From a phage, in sequence record PZ564402.1: DNA of 59,352 bases; one strand, 5' to 3'. The notes under the pieces are model-generated. The model did no database searches and was not told the DNA's origin. It worked only from the letters and a program-made list of their open reading frames with translations. Both the position numbers and the translations under genes were made by a program. Shown here piece after piece: positions 8,211 to 18,673 of the stretch (its first letter is position 1; every line of letters starts with the position of its first letter).

Positions 8211-9543
8211 TAAGTCACTGTTAGTCCGCATCATGCGGGAATTCGGCGGTGGCGGCCACTCAATCTTCGCGCCTTCTGCGTCAGCGCGGTGGATAGCATG
8301 TTCCGGGAGCCTGATAGCCGGGCTTTTCGAGCATGACGAAACCATCTACGAGGCGGCGGAAGGCACGGTGGCCCACGGAATCGCCGAACAATGGCTGCGA
8401 ACGGATGTCCGGCCAACCCATTTAATCGGCACTGTCGAGACGATCACGGAAGGCGATGTCAGTCATGACATCCCGATCACGCGGTCAATGCTCGACGCAG
8501 TTCAGGAATACGTGGACTGGTGCCGATTTGAAGAGGGTGAAATGTTCACGGAAATTCGGGTATGGTTCACAGACCTGATGCCGCGAGCAAACCCGGATGA
8601 ACCTGACGAAGAACCGGAAGAGTTTGTCGCTCAGGGCGGAACGGCGGATAACATCATCATCCGTGACCGCACCTTGATCGTGACCGACCTGAAATACGGT
8701 ACTGGTGTTCAGGTTTTCGCGGAAGGGAACCCGCAGGCGCTACTTTACGCGTACGGTGCGTACCGCGCTTTTGCGGATGAATACGAGTTTGACCGTATCA
8801 TCATCCGGATTGCGCAGCCGCGACTCGACCACTTCGATACGTGGGAAATCACGCTTGACGAGTTGTTGGAGTTTGCGGAGTACGCCCGGGAGCGGATTGC
8901 AGCGGCATGGAGCCTTACCGCGCCGCGCCGCGCATCCCTGAAAGGGTGTCGCTTTTGCCGGGCAGCACATAACTGCGCAGCGATAGCGTACATGATGGAA
9001 TGTGCAGTGGGTGGGGATGTGGAATTCCTTGAAGCCGAATTCGGGGAGGAAGAAATGTCAGTATTGCGTGATGCGCTGGCGCAGGAGTATAAATTCCGGC
9101 GTGCGCAGTTCGGAAACCTGACAACCGAGCAGATGGCTAAGATCCTGCCATACCGCAAGGTGGTCGAAAACTGGTTCTCGCGCCTTGACTTCGAACTGGA
9201 ACGCCGCGCAATGAACGGTGAGAAGGTACCGGGTCAAAAGCTGGTTGAGTCGCGGACAAACCGCAAATTCGCCAACGAGAAAGATGCGATCGCGTTGTTC
9301 AAGTTCCTCGACATCGAAGAGGACAAGTACATCGAGCGCAAACTGCGTACTCCGGCGCAGATGGAAGAAGTGCTTAGGGATGAATTGGGCGTGTCCCGGG
9401 CTGGCGCGCCAAACATTATCGCGGGGATCGTTTACAAGCCGGAAGGCAAACCGACACTGGCACCGCTGACCGATAAGCGGCCACCACTGGACGGCAAGTA
9501 TTCCGGGGCGTGGGACGATGAAGATGATGACGACGAAGTGTAA
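8203..9543 (+). CDS. PD-(D/E)XK (RecB/Cas4-like) nuclease, 446 aa
   Basis: Motifs LIVTDLKYG (D/ExK) and QALLYAYG (QxxxY), Cys cluster CRFCRAAHNC; acidic C-terminus WDDEDDDDEV. Confidence 0.65.
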   Translation: MSSKSLLVRIMREFGGGGHSIFAPSASARWIACSGSLIAGLFEHDETIYEAAEGTVAHGIAEQWLRTDVRPTHLIGTVETITEGDVSHDIPITRSMLDAVQEYVDWCRFEEGEMFTEIRVWFTDLMPRANPDEPDEEPEEFVAQGGTADNIIIRDRTLIVTDLKYGTGVQVFAEGNPQALLYAYGAYRAFADEYEFDRIIIRIAQPRLDHFDTWEITLDELLEFAEYARERIAAAWSLTAPRRASLKGCRFCRAAHNCAAIAYMMECAVGGDVEFLEAEFGEEEMSVLRDALAQEYKFRRAQFGNLTTEQMAKILPYRKVVENWFSRLDFELERRAMNGEKVPGQKLVESRTNRKFANEKDAIALFKFLDIEEDKYIERKLRTPAQMEEVLRDELGVSRAGAPNIIAGIVYKPEGKPTLAPLTDKRPPLDGKYSGAWDDEDDDDEV

Positions 9544-9588
9544 ACCCGTAAAACCGTAGAAAGTAAACCCGTAAAACAGTAAACCGAG
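9541..9588 (+). repeat. five tandem degenerate GTAAA(A)CC repeats in leader of SSB gene
   Basis: TAAACCCGTAAAACCGTAGAAAGTAAACCCGTAAAACAGTAAACC directly upstream of RBS GAGGA. Confidence 0.5.
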
Positions 9589-9597
9589 GATATTAAG

Positions 9598-10194
9598 ATG
9601 GCCGAGAAATTAGTCCCTGCGAAGAAAGTCAAGAATGGCGTGCTGTATAAATCTGGTCACATCAAGATTTCTAACGTACGTGCTTCTTACCCGCACCTCG
9701 ATAAGCCGTACGGCGGCGAAGACGGCGGCGAGCCGAAATACTCGCTGACACTTTTGATGCCGAAAGAAAGCCACGGCGAGATCGAGAAAATCATCCGCGA
9801 GCAGATCGAAGTCACCAAGAAGAACCACAAGACAGGCGCGCTTAAAGTGGCTCCGTCCATGTTGTTCATCAAAGACGGCGACACCGATTTCCCGGACAAA
9901 CCGGAATGCGAAGGGATGTGGGTTATCTCAGCGCGCGAAAGCAAACGCCCGGATGTGTATAACATCGAGCGCGAAGAGTTGACTACTTCTTCCGAAATTC
10001 TGGAAGAGATCTACGGTGGTTGTTGGGTGTCTGTCGTCATCCGTCCGTGGTCGCAGGAAAACAAATTCGGCAAACGCGTCAACGCCAACCTGATTTCCGT
10101 TCTCAAACGCAAAGACGACGAGCCGTTCGGTGAAGGTCGCGTTGACACGTCTGATGCGTGGGATGAAGACGAAGATTGGGAAGACGAAGTGTAA
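9598..10194 (+). CDS. ssDNA-binding protein, T7 gp2.5-like (198 aa)
   Basis: N-terminal ASYPHLDKPYGG...YSLTLLMP resembles gp2.5 YAYIAKPDYG...YKVDLTIP; acidic C-terminal tail DAWDEDEDWEDEV. Confidence 0.6.
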   Translation: MAEKLVPAKKVKNGVLYKSGHIKISNVRASYPHLDKPYGGEDGGEPKYSLTLLMPKESHGEIEKIIREQIEVTKKNHKTGALKVAPSMLFIKDGDTDFPDKPECEGMWVISARESKRPDVYNIEREELTTSSEILEEIYGGCWVSVVIRPWSQENKFGKRVNANLISVLKRKDDEPFGEGRVDTSDAWDEDEDWEDEV

Positions 10195-10220
10195 TTCACG
10201 CCCTCGGGCGGTAATTCAAG

Positions 10221-10244
10221 GCCCGCCGTGTGCGGGCTTTTTTC
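10221..10244 (+). terminator. rho-independent terminator (GCCCGC-CGTGT-GCGGGC + T6)
   Basis: Perfect 6-bp stem and T-tract right after SSB gene. Confidence 0.65.
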
Positions 10245-10260
10245 ATATAGGAGCGTTGAC

Positions 10261-12300
10261 GTGACCGATTGCATTAATCTTGACTATGAATCCAGAAGCC
10301 GGGTGAACCTTAAAACGAACGGCTTCGACCGTTATTCGAATGACGAATCGACGAAAGTGCTGATGGGCGCGTGGTCGATCAACGGCGGCGCGGTGCAGCA
10401 CGTAGACCTTCATCGCGGCAAAAAGTTGCCCGGCGAACTGCGTGAAGCGCTGGAAGACCCGGACGTGGAGAAGTGGGCCTTTAACGCTCAGTTCGAACGC
10501 GTGATAACCCGCCGGGTGCTCGGCATTAAGACGCCGTACAAAGCGTGGCGCTGTACGATGGCGATGGCGTATATGCTTGGCTTCGCGGGCGACCTGCTGT
10601 CGGTCGGAACACAATTGGGATTGCCGGAAGACAAACTGAAAGACCCGGAAGGCAAGCGCCTGATCGACCTGTTCAGCAAGCCGCAGCGCGTCACGAAGAA
10701 AAACCCATTTGAGTGGCGCAACGAAGCGACCGACCCGGAAGACTGGTGGCACTTCTGCCGATACAACGTGCGAGACGTTGAAACCGAACTGGCGATTAAA
10801 GCGCGCCTGATGCGGTACCCGATTCTGGACGCCGAGTGGGATATGTACGCGCTGGATCAGTTCATCAACGACACTGGCGTGATGATTGACCGCGAATTCG
10901 CGTACTCGGCGCTGGCACTCGCAGAAGCGCGCAAACCGCAGATTATCGAAGAAATGGCCGACATTACTGGCCTGAATAATCCAAACTCCCCGGCGCAGTT
11001 AACACCGTGGCTCAAAGAGCGCGGCTATCCGTTCAGTGACCTCCGCAGCGACACCGTCAACAAAGTTATCCGTGAAGCCGATGAAAACGGCGTTGACCCG
11101 GACGCGATCCGCGTGCTGCGGATGCGACTGAACAGCGCGAAAAACTCCCTGTCCAAATACCAGACCATGATTGACGCGGCTGGCGAGGATGGCCGTTTTC
11201 GCTTCTCGCTGCAATTTGCCGGGGCGAGTCGTACGAACCGTTGGGCTGGCCGTCGAATCCAGACCCAAAACCTGCCGAGAACGCCGAAGCTGATTGAGGA
11301 CGTGACCGACCTGTCCATCGTCAACAAGATGATCCACCAGCGTGACCTTGATGCGCTGACGCTGTATGTGGGCGAGCCGATGGACGCGCTGGTGGGCTGC
11401 ATCCGCTCCGCCTTCATCCCGACGCCGGGCTACAAGTTTATCGTTGCCGACCTGTCTTCCATCGAATCCGTGGTTATCGGTTGGCTGACGAACTGCAAAT
11501 GGTTCATGGATACGCTGGCGGCCAAGCACGACCTTTACCGTTCATTCGCGGCCCACTGGCTGCACCTGCCGTACGAAGAAACGAAACCGCACCGCTCGAA
11601 AGCCAAACCTGCAACCCTCGGCGCGGGCTATCGCCTCGGCGGCGGCCACATGGATGACAATGGCAAGAAGACCGGGCTGTGGGGTTACGCTGAAAACATG
11701 GGCGTACACATGACGCAGAAAGAGGCAGAAGAGTCGGTACAGGCGTTCCGCGACCTTTGCCCGGAAATCGTTCAGGCATGGTATGGCCTCGAAAACGCGG
11801 TGTTCAAGGTTATCCGCACCCGTCAGGCCGTCGTGTGGGGCTGTCTGATTATCGAATACACAAAACCATTCCTGACCATCCGTCTGCCGTCTGGACGCAA
11901 AATGTATTACTTCCGCCCGCGTCTGGTCGAGCGCCAGATGACGGTTCAGAAGGGGCCGAAGAAAGGCGAGAAGTACACAAAGACCAACTTCCAGTACGAA
12001 GGCAAGGTGGAGGGCAGTGGCACCAAGTGGGGCAAGATCTACAGCCACGGCGGTAAGCTGGTGGAAAACATCGTTCAGGCACTGGCGCGCGACGTGCTCG
12101 CCGAAGGTCTGAAAAAGGCGCACCGCATGGGCTTCCGCATCGTCATGCACATCCACGATGAAATCGTAACCGAAGTGCCAGAAGACAGCCCGCTGACAGT
12201 GGACGACCTGATCTCCTGCATGGTGGCCGAACTGCCGTGGGCCGAAGGTCTACCGCTTGGCGCTGCCGGGTGGGAAGGATATTTCTACCGTAAGGATTAA
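10261..12300 (+). CDS. family A DNA polymerase with 3'-5' exonuclease domain (GTG start)
   Basis: Exo I DxE (LDYESRS), polymerase motifs RRIQTQNLPR, KPATLGAGY, HIHDEIV; AGGAG RBS 7 nt before GTG; ATG at 10228 rejected as it sits in the terminator hairpin. Confidence 0.85.
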   Translation: MTDCINLDYESRSRVNLKTNGFDRYSNDESTKVLMGAWSINGGAVQHVDLHRGKKLPGELREALEDPDVEKWAFNAQFERVITRRVLGIKTPYKAWRCTMAMAYMLGFAGDLLSVGTQLGLPEDKLKDPEGKRLIDLFSKPQRVTKKNPFEWRNEATDPEDWWHFCRYNVRDVETELAIKARLMRYPILDAEWDMYALDQFINDTGVMIDREFAYSALALAEARKPQIIEEMADITGLNNPNSPAQLTPWLKERGYPFSDLRSDTVNKVIREADENGVDPDAIRVLRMRLNSAKNSLSKYQTMIDAAGEDGRFRFSLQFAGASRTNRWAGRRIQTQNLPRTPKLIEDVTDLSIVNKMIHQRDLDALTLYVGEPMDALVGCIRSAFIPTPGYKFIVADLSSIESVVIGWLTNCKWFMDTLAAKHDLYRSFAAHWLHLPYEETKPHRSKAKPATLGAGYRLGGGHMDDNGKKTGLWGYAENMGVHMTQKEAEESVQAFRDLCPEIVQAWYGLENAVFKVIRTRQAVVWGCLIIEYTKPFLTIRLPSGRKMYYFRPRLVERQMTVQKGPKKGEKYTKTNFQYEGKVEGSGTKWGKIYSHGGKLVENIVQALARDVLAEGLKKAHRMGFRIVMHIHDEIVTEVPEDSPLTVDDLISCMVAELPWAEGLPLGAAGWEGYFYRKD

Positions 12301-12301
12301 C

Positions 12302-12589
12302 ATGGCCGAGCCGATAATCAGAGAATCGAAGGTTGAAAAGCGCTGCTGCGAATACGCGCAGGGCCGTGGGTGGTGGGTATCAAAATTCACCTCCCCCGGT
12401 AAAAAAGCCGTCCCGGATCGTGTGCTGATCCGTGGCGGTATTGTGCTTTTTATCGAATTCAAACGCCCCGGCGAAGAACCAACGGCGCAGCAGTATCACC
12501 GCCATAAGGAAATGCGCAAGGCAGGGGCAAACGTGACATGGGTGGACAATTTTGCAGACTTTAAAAACTACATTATCGCCTTTGAGTAG
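12302..12589 (+). CDS. VRR-NUC domain nuclease
   Basis: Small PD-(D/E)XK-type core FIEFKRPGEEPTAQQ; starts 2 nt after polymerase stop. Confidence 0.6.
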   Translation: MAEPIIRESKVEKRCCEYAQGRGWWVSKFTSPGKKAVPDRVLIRGGIVLFIEFKRPGEEPTAQQYHRHKEMRKAGANVTWVDNFADFKNYIIAFE

Positions 12590-14111
12590 AGCGCTCGCGT
12601 ATTGCCTGCGGACGGTTAAACTGAACCGCAGCGACATGCACGACTATCAGGACGAAGGCGTCCAGTTCATCAAAGACCATCCGTACTGCGGCATGTTCGT
12701 AGACCTCGGCTTGGGTAAGACTGTCATGACCGGGACGGCCATGCTAGACCTGATCGCGGACGGCGAAATCAACAAAGTCCTCGTCGTCGCGCCGAAGCGA
12801 GTGGCCCGTACCGGGTGGCCGACGGAATTCGACGAGTGGGGCCATCTGTGCTTCTACAAGATGTCGATTATCGCCGGAAACGCCAAAGAGCGCGCAGCGG
12901 CCGCGAGTAAGGACTGCCATTTTTACACGATCAGCGTCGATAACATCGCGTGGCTGTGCGAGCACTTCAAGACGAAATGGCCGTTCGACGCCGTGGTGCT
13001 GGACGAGTCGAGCATGTTCAAATCCCACACCTCGCAGCGCTTCAAACTGCTGCGCCGGGTGCGGAAGTACATCAAACGGATCGTCGAGTTGACGGCCACG
13101 CCTGCGGCCGAAGGGTACATGGGTATCTTCTCGCAAATTTACCTGCTGGACGAAGGCGAGCGCTTTGGCTCCACCATCGGCGGTTATCAGGACAACTACT
13201 TCACGCAGAACCGCTACAACTTCAAATGGAAACTTCGCCCCGGTGCGGAAGACGAGATTATTCGGAAGATTTCTGATATATGTTTAGTCATGAAAGCGGA
13301 AGACTACCTTGACATGCACGAACCGAATTTCGTTCCTGTCCCGGTCGAGTTAGACGGGGAGACGGCCGAGCGGTACCGCATGATGGAGGAAGAGAGCCTC
13401 GTCGAGATTATGCCGGACGATTTCGATGAACATCTGGATGACCCAATCGTGATCGAAGCGGAGCAGGCCGCGTCTTTGCAGTCGAAGCTATTGCAGATGT
13501 GCTCAGGCTTCATCTACGACACGAAAATCGTTGGCATAACGCAAGACGACAAGGTCATTAAGCAGAAGGACACGTACAGGCTGCACGACCTGAAATTCGA
13601 TGCACTGGAAGAACTGCTGGAAACCACGCTGGCCGATAAAAACGTGCTGATCGCCTATCACTTCAAGCCGACCCTCGAACGACTGAAAGAGCGGTTTAAA
13701 GATCTGGTGGTCATGGATGATGACGGTAAGTGCATCAAGAAGTGGAACGCCGGAAAGATTCGACTGCTGGCCGCGCACCCTCAGTCAGCGGGACACGGTT
13801 TAAACCTCCAGCATGGCGGCCACGTCATCGTCTACATCGACAATCCGTGGTCACTCGAACGCTTCCTGCAATTCAATGGCCGATTGCACCGTCAGGGGCA
13901 GAAGTACCCGGTTACGATCTACCAGTTCAAAGCCATGCTGCGAACACCGAACGGGCTTCTGGCCGAGACGGCGGACGACGTAGTCATACAGGCGCTGGTC
14001 GAAAAGGAAGACGTGCAGGACGCGTTCTTCGAACTGCTCGAACGTATCAAAGGGCGCATCAAACGCCGCAAGAAATCGAAAAATAAAGGGGTATGGGATG
14101 ACGAAGAGTAA
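12552..14111 (+). CDS. SNF2/SF2 family helicase (start uncertain: TTG 12552 or ATG 12636)
   Basis: Q-motif HDYQDEGV, Walker A GLGKT, DExx-like VVLDES, helicase C motifs; C-terminus VWDDEE. Confidence 0.75.
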   Translation: MQTLKTTLSPLSRALAYCLRTVKLNRSDMHDYQDEGVQFIKDHPYCGMFVDLGLGKTVMTGTAMLDLIADGEINKVLVVAPKRVARTGWPTEFDEWGHLCFYKMSIIAGNAKERAAAASKDCHFYTISVDNIAWLCEHFKTKWPFDAVVLDESSMFKSHTSQRFKLLRRVRKYIKRIVELTATPAAEGYMGIFSQIYLLDEGERFGSTIGGYQDNYFTQNRYNFKWKLRPGAEDEIIRKISDICLVMKAEDYLDMHEPNFVPVPVELDGETAERYRMMEEESLVEIMPDDFDEHLDDPIVIEAEQAASLQSKLLQMCSGFIYDTKIVGITQDDKVIKQKDTYRLHDLKFDALEELLETTLADKNVLIAYHFKPTLERLKERFKDLVVMDDDGKCIKKWNAGKIRLLAAHPQSAGHGLNLQHGGHVIVYIDNPWSLERFLQFNGRLHRQGQKYPVTIYQFKAMLRTPNGLLAETADDVVIQALVEKEDVQDAFFELLERIKGRIKRRKKSKNKGVWDDEE

Positions 14112-14667
14112 TGCGCCACTGGCAACCCGGAATCGCCGCTCTAACGCGCCGGACGCCGACACAGAAGCGATGATCTTTCAGGGCTGCAACATCACGCAAC
14201 TGGCAAAACTGTTCCGCATGGAGCGCCGGGACATCACGCCGAAAATCATGGATGTCCCGCCTATCGGCGAGCGTGGCGGGTACCCGATCTACGCGGTTCA
14301 CGAAGTGGCCCCGTACCTCGTTAAGCCGCTGTACGATGTCGAGACGTACCTGCGCCGCATGAATTTCAAGGATCTGCCGAAGGAGTTGTCGAAAGAGTTT
14401 TGGGCCGGGCAGCGTGCAAAGCAGGACTTCGACATCAAAGCTGGCAACCTGTGGGAAACAGAGAAGGTGATCGAGCACTTCGGCGAGGCGGTGAAGGTAC
14501 TGCGCATGTCGATGCTGCTCATTCCCGACACGCTGGCGCGTCAGGCCGGACTCAGCGAGCCGCAACGTCAGGTCATCACGTCATCCATTGACGCCATGCT
14601 GAACGACCTGTCGAGCGCGCTGATCGAGAAGTTCAACGGCGACGAGGTGGACGACGATGAAGTTTAA
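14098..14667 (+). CDS. terminase small subunit, Nu1-like winged-HTH (189 aa)
   Basis: NITQLAKLFRMERRDITPKIMDVPPIGERGGYPIYAVHEV resembles lambda Nu1 N-terminal DNA-binding domain; directly upstream of and overlapping TerL; C-terminus DDDEV. Confidence 0.55.
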   Translation: MTKSNAPLATRNRRSNAPDADTEAMIFQGCNITQLAKLFRMERRDITPKIMDVPPIGERGGYPIYAVHEVAPYLVKPLYDVETYLRRMNFKDLPKELSKEFWAGQRAKQDFDIKAGNLWETEKVIEHFGEAVKVLRMSMLLIPDTLARQAGLSEPQRQVITSSIDAMLNDLSSALIEKFNGDEVDDDEV

Positions 14668-16732
14668 CAGCATCGCGCAGATTATCAGTTCGGTGGCCGA
14701 GCAGTTACGGCCGCCAATGCGTATGACGGTGGCCGATGCGGCCGCCAAGTATCGCTACGTCAACCAACCCGGCGCATACGTCGGGGATTGGCTTAACTCG
14801 ACGACGCCGTACATGGTCGAGCCGATGAACATGATGAACAGCCGGGCATACGACAAGATGGCCTTTGTCGGCCCTGCGCAGTCCGGTAAAACCGATGCGC
14901 TGATCCTGAATAGCATTGTCTATTCAGTGAAAGTTGACCCGATGGATCTGATGGTCTACTGCCCGACGTCAACGGCCGCGCGCGACTTCTCGATGCGACG
15001 TGTAGACCGTCTTCACCGCCATAGCCCGAAGGTGGGCGAAATGCTGATGAAGAACCGCGACGCCGACAACAAATTCGACAAACACTACGTCACAGGCATC
15101 ATCCTGACGTTGAGTTATCCGTCAGTAACCGAACTGGCCGGGCGTCCCGTTGGCCGCATCATCATCACCGACTACGACCGTATTGACGACGACATCGGTG
15201 GCGACGGTAACGCCTTCGACCTCGCATCAAAACGTACGACGACCTTCGGGTCGTTTGCCATGTGTGCAGCCGAGTCATCACCATCGCGCCCGATTAAAGA
15301 CCCAAGCTGGATTAAGCGCACGCCCCACGAAGCCCCGCCGTGTGACGGGATTGTCGGCCTGTACAACCGAGGCGACCGCCGCCGCTGGAAATGGCCGTGT
15401 CCGCATTGCGACCAGTATTTCGAAGGTACCTTCCAGCTTTTGAAGTGGAACACGAAAGACGCCGATGGCAACCCTCTAACCAACCTCGAAAAGTCGGAGA
15501 CAGTGCGCATGGCCTGTCCACACTGCGGCTGCGAAATAGACCCGGTTGATAAGTATGAAATGAACCTGTGGGGGATGTGGGTGCCGGAAGGCTGTCATGT
15601 CAACGAGTTGGGCCAACTGGCCGGGGTACCGATGCGCTCGTCGTTCGCGTCCTTCTGGCTCCGCGGAACGGCGGCCGCATTCATCACATGGCAGAAACTG
15701 GTTCTGAACTACCTCGATGCGATGGATGACTACGAGCGTACGATGTCCGAAGAGTCCTTGAAGAAATTCTGGAACAACGACATGGGCGAACCGTACGTGC
15801 CGAAGGCGATCGAGACGGTACGCGTTCCGGAAGCGCTGAAAGCCCGCGCCGAGAAGTGGCCGGAACAGACGGTGCCGAAGAATGTGCGGTTCTTGGCGGC
15901 CACGGTGGACGTGCAGAAGCATAGCTTTGAAGTGTCGGTGCATGGCGTGGCCCCCGGCTACCCATTCGACACCTACCTGATCGACCGCTTCAACATCACG
16001 AAATCGCGCCGACTCGATGACGATGGCGACCCGAAAATCCTGCACCCGGGCGCGTACCTCGAAGATTGGGATCTCATTGAAACCGAAGTGATGAACAAGA
16101 CGTATCCGCTGTACGATAATTCTGGCCGTTCGCTGCCGATCAAGATGACCGCGTGCGACTCCGGTGGTGAAGCCGGGGTAACGGGCAACGCGTACGAATT
16201 CTTCCGGAAACTGCGGAAGGAAGGGAAAACCGGGCGCTTCTGTCTGGTGAAGGGCGACCCGAAAGCGAACAACCCGCGCACCCGCGTAGCGCTACCGGAC
16301 TCCAACCAGAAAGACAAGAAAGCCATCGCACGCGGCGACGTTCCGGTGCTGATGATTAACTCGAACGTGATGAAAGATAGCCTGAACGGCCGACTGGACG
16401 TCGTGGAGCCGGGCAAAGGCATGTACCACATCCCGAACTGGATGGGCGACGCGGTATTCGCCGAACTGTGTACGGAGACGCGTGACGAGAAAGGCTGGCA
16501 CAACCCATCCCACGCCCGAAACGAAACGTGGGACTTGGCGTATTATTTATTAGGTATTTGCGTCAGTGGCCGCGTGCTCGGGATTGAGCAGATAGATTGG
16601 GATAACCCGCCATCATGGGCGGCCGAGTGGGACGATAACAGCATGGTTATTTTACCGCAGAGCGATGAACCTATTGATGCACCGAAAGATACCGAATACA
16701 GTTTCGAGAAACTCGCAATGGCGTTAGCATAG
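14657..16732 (+). CDS. terminase large subunit (lambda gpA-like)
   Basis: Walker A GPAQSGKT, size 691 aa, position upstream of gpW-like and portal. Confidence 0.9.
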   Translation: MKFNSIAQIISSVAEQLRPPMRMTVADAAAKYRYVNQPGAYVGDWLNSTTPYMVEPMNMMNSRAYDKMAFVGPAQSGKTDALILNSIVYSVKVDPMDLMVYCPTSTAARDFSMRRVDRLHRHSPKVGEMLMKNRDADNKFDKHYVTGIILTLSYPSVTELAGRPVGRIIITDYDRIDDDIGGDGNAFDLASKRTTTFGSFAMCAAESSPSRPIKDPSWIKRTPHEAPPCDGIVGLYNRGDRRRWKWPCPHCDQYFEGTFQLLKWNTKDADGNPLTNLEKSETVRMACPHCGCEIDPVDKYEMNLWGMWVPEGCHVNELGQLAGVPMRSSFASFWLRGTAAAFITWQKLVLNYLDAMDDYERTMSEESLKKFWNNDMGEPYVPKAIETVRVPEALKARAEKWPEQTVPKNVRFLAATVDVQKHSFEVSVHGVAPGYPFDTYLIDRFNITKSRRLDDDGDPKILHPGAYLEDWDLIETEVMNKTYPLYDNSGRSLPIKMTACDSGGEAGVTGNAYEFFRKLRKEGKTGRFCLVKGDPKANNPRTRVALPDSNQKDKKAIARGDVPVLMINSNVMKDSLNGRLDVVEPGKGMYHIPNWMGDAVFAELCTETRDEKGWHNPSHARNETWDLAYYLLGICVSGRVLGIEQIDWDNPPSWAAEWDDNSMVILPQSDEPIDAPKDTEYSFEKLAMALA

Positions 16733-16742
16733 GAGAACCACC

Positions 16743-16997
16743 ATGACACCAGAAGAATGCCGCGCGCAATATCGCCTCATGCTCAAAGAAGCGATGGATG
16801 CGTACCACCAATTAAACCTCGGCGGCTCGGTGCGCGTCGTGGTGGATCAGAACAGTGAACGCGTGGAATATACCGCAGCGAACCGACAAAGCCTATGGGC
16901 CTACATCGTTCGACTGCAAAACGCGATTAATTCGGACAACCCTTGCGCGGCCTTCATGGGCCTACCAAGTTCACCAGCAGGATTCTTATTCCCATGA
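16743..16997 (+). CDS. gpW-like head-tail joining protein
   Basis: Small ORF between TerL and portal; VVDQNSERVEYTAANRQSLWAYIVRLQ resembles lambda gpW core. Confidence 0.45.
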   Translation: MTPEECRAQYRLMLKEAMDAYHQLNLGGSVRVVVDQNSERVEYTAANRQSLWAYIVRLQNAINSDNPCAAFMGLPSSPAGFLFP

Positions 16998-18673
16998 CCG
17001 AGAAAAAGAGAAGCACTACACAACGGGCGAAGAAAGCGGCAAAGACCGCCGACGTCGCTACGTTGGACGCCACGCCGCAGAATCCTTCGGCACTCGGTGG
17101 CGGCTTAGAGGGGGCTGAACGGAACACGCGTGAAATGTTCCGCTGGACGCCTGCCATCATTTCACCAGACCAGCAAATCGCCCAAGACGGTACGCTGGCG
17201 CTTTCGCGTGCGCAGGACATCGTACAGAACGACGGCTACGCATTTGGCGCGGTGGCGATTCACCGTGACAGCGTCGTCGGCTCGCAGTACAAACTCAACT
17301 CGAAACCCAATTCGCTGGTGCTCGGCGCGCCGGAAGGTTGGGCGGATGAATTTCAGGAAGTAGTCGAGGCGCGCTTCAACATGGTGGCCGAGTCTCCTGA
17401 AAACTGGTTCGATGCCCGCCGGATGAACACGCTGACCGGGCTTGTCCGTCTGGCCGTTGGCGGCTTCATCATGACCGGGGAAGTTCTGGCGTCATGCGAG
17501 TGGATGAAGCCGAAGGGAACCCGTATGCAGCGCCGTCCGTTCGGCACTGCGATCCAGATGATTTCGCCGTACCGTCTGTCCAACCCGGACAACATCATGG
17601 ACGACAAGTATCTGCGCTCCGGCGTCAAACTGGATGAAATGGGCGCTCCGATCGGCTACTGGCTGCGTAAAGCGTTCCCGGGCGACCCGACTGACCTCGA
17701 ACAATGGCGATGGGAATACCAGCCCGCTCGCTTCGATTGGGGCCGACGTCGGATGATCCACATCATCGAAGCGCTGCTGCCGGGCCAGACTCGCGGTATC
17801 AGTGAAATGGTCGCAGCGTTGAAGCAGATGAAGATGACCCGAAACTTTCAGGAAGTCACGCTGCAAAACGCCATCGTCAACGCGACCTACGCGGCCGCCA
17901 TCGAATCAGAATTGCCGTCTGACGTGGTCTTCAATCAGATGGGGATGGGACAGACGCCTTTCGGCGACATCCTGAAAACCTACATGGGGAGTCTGGCCGA
18001 GTACATCGCCGGATCGAAAAACATCGCAATCGACGGGGCGAAAATCCCGCACCTGTTCCCCGGTACGAAACTGAAAATGCAGCCCGCAGGAACGCCGGGC
18101 GGAGTCGGAACCGATTATGAAGAATCGTTGCTCAGGAACATCGCCGCATCACTCGGCCTTTCGTACGAGCAGTTCAGCCGCGACTATACGAAAACGAACT
18201 ACTCTTCTGCCCGCGCTTCGATGGCTGAAACGTGGAAGTACATGGAAAGCCGTAAAAAGCTGGTAGCCGACCGTTTCGCGTCGATGATTTATACGTTGTG
18301 GTTGGAAGAAGAGGTTAACGCTGGTAATGTTCCACTGCCGCCGGGCTTCACTTGGCGCGACTTCTACGACCCGATGAAACGTGACGCGCTTTGCAACGCA
18401 GAATGGATCGGCGCGAGTCGCGGTCAGATCGACGAGAAGAAAGAAACCGAAGCCGCTATCCTTCGCATCAAGAATGGCCTGTCAACGTACGAAGCAGAAA
18501 TCGCCCGCCTCGGTGGGGACTTCCGCGAAGTATTCAAACAGCGCGCCCGCGAAGAAGGCATCATCAAAGATTTGGGCCTTGATTTCTCCGGCAAGATGGT
18601 CGAAGGGACGGAGGCAAGCGGTTCAACTGGCAGCACTGGCTCGGACAACAACGAAGAGGATACGAAGGAATGA
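16994..18673 (+). CDS. portal protein (lambda gpB-like)
   Basis: About 560 aa, located between TerL and prohead protease; start at ATG 16994 overlapping gpW-like stop. Confidence 0.8.
   Translation: MTEKKRSTTQRAKKAAKTADVATLDATPQNPSALGGGLEGAERNTREMFRWTPAIISPDQQIAQDGTLALSRAQDIVQNDGYAFGAVAIHRDSVVGSQYKLNSKPNSLVLGAPEGWADEFQEVVEARFNMVAESPENWFDARRMNTLTGLVRLAVGGFIMTGEVLASCEWMKPKGTRMQRRPFGTAIQMISPYRLSNPDNIMDDKYLRSGVKLDEMGAPIGYWLRKAFPGDPTDLEQWRWEYQPARFDWGRRRMIHIIEALLPGQTRGISEMVAALKQMKMTRNFQEVTLQNAIVNATYAAAIESELPSDVVFNQMGMGQTPFGDILKTYMGSLAEYIAGSKNIAIDGAKIPHLFPGTKLKMQPAGTPGGVGTDYEESLLRNIAASLGLSYEQFSRDYTKTNYSSARASMAETWKYMESRKKLVADRFASMIYTLWLEEEVNAGNVPLPPGFTWRDFYDPMKRDALCNAEWIGASRGQIDEKKETEAAILRIKNGLSTYEAEIARLGGDFREVFKQRAREEGIIKDLGLDFSGKMVEGTEASGSTGSTGSDNNEEDTKE

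Noticed and set aside
10228-10260. ATG at 10228 as DNA polymerase start
   Set aside because: These codons overlap the terminator hairpin after the SSB gene and lack an RBS; GTG at 10261 has an AGGAG RBS at optimal spacing.
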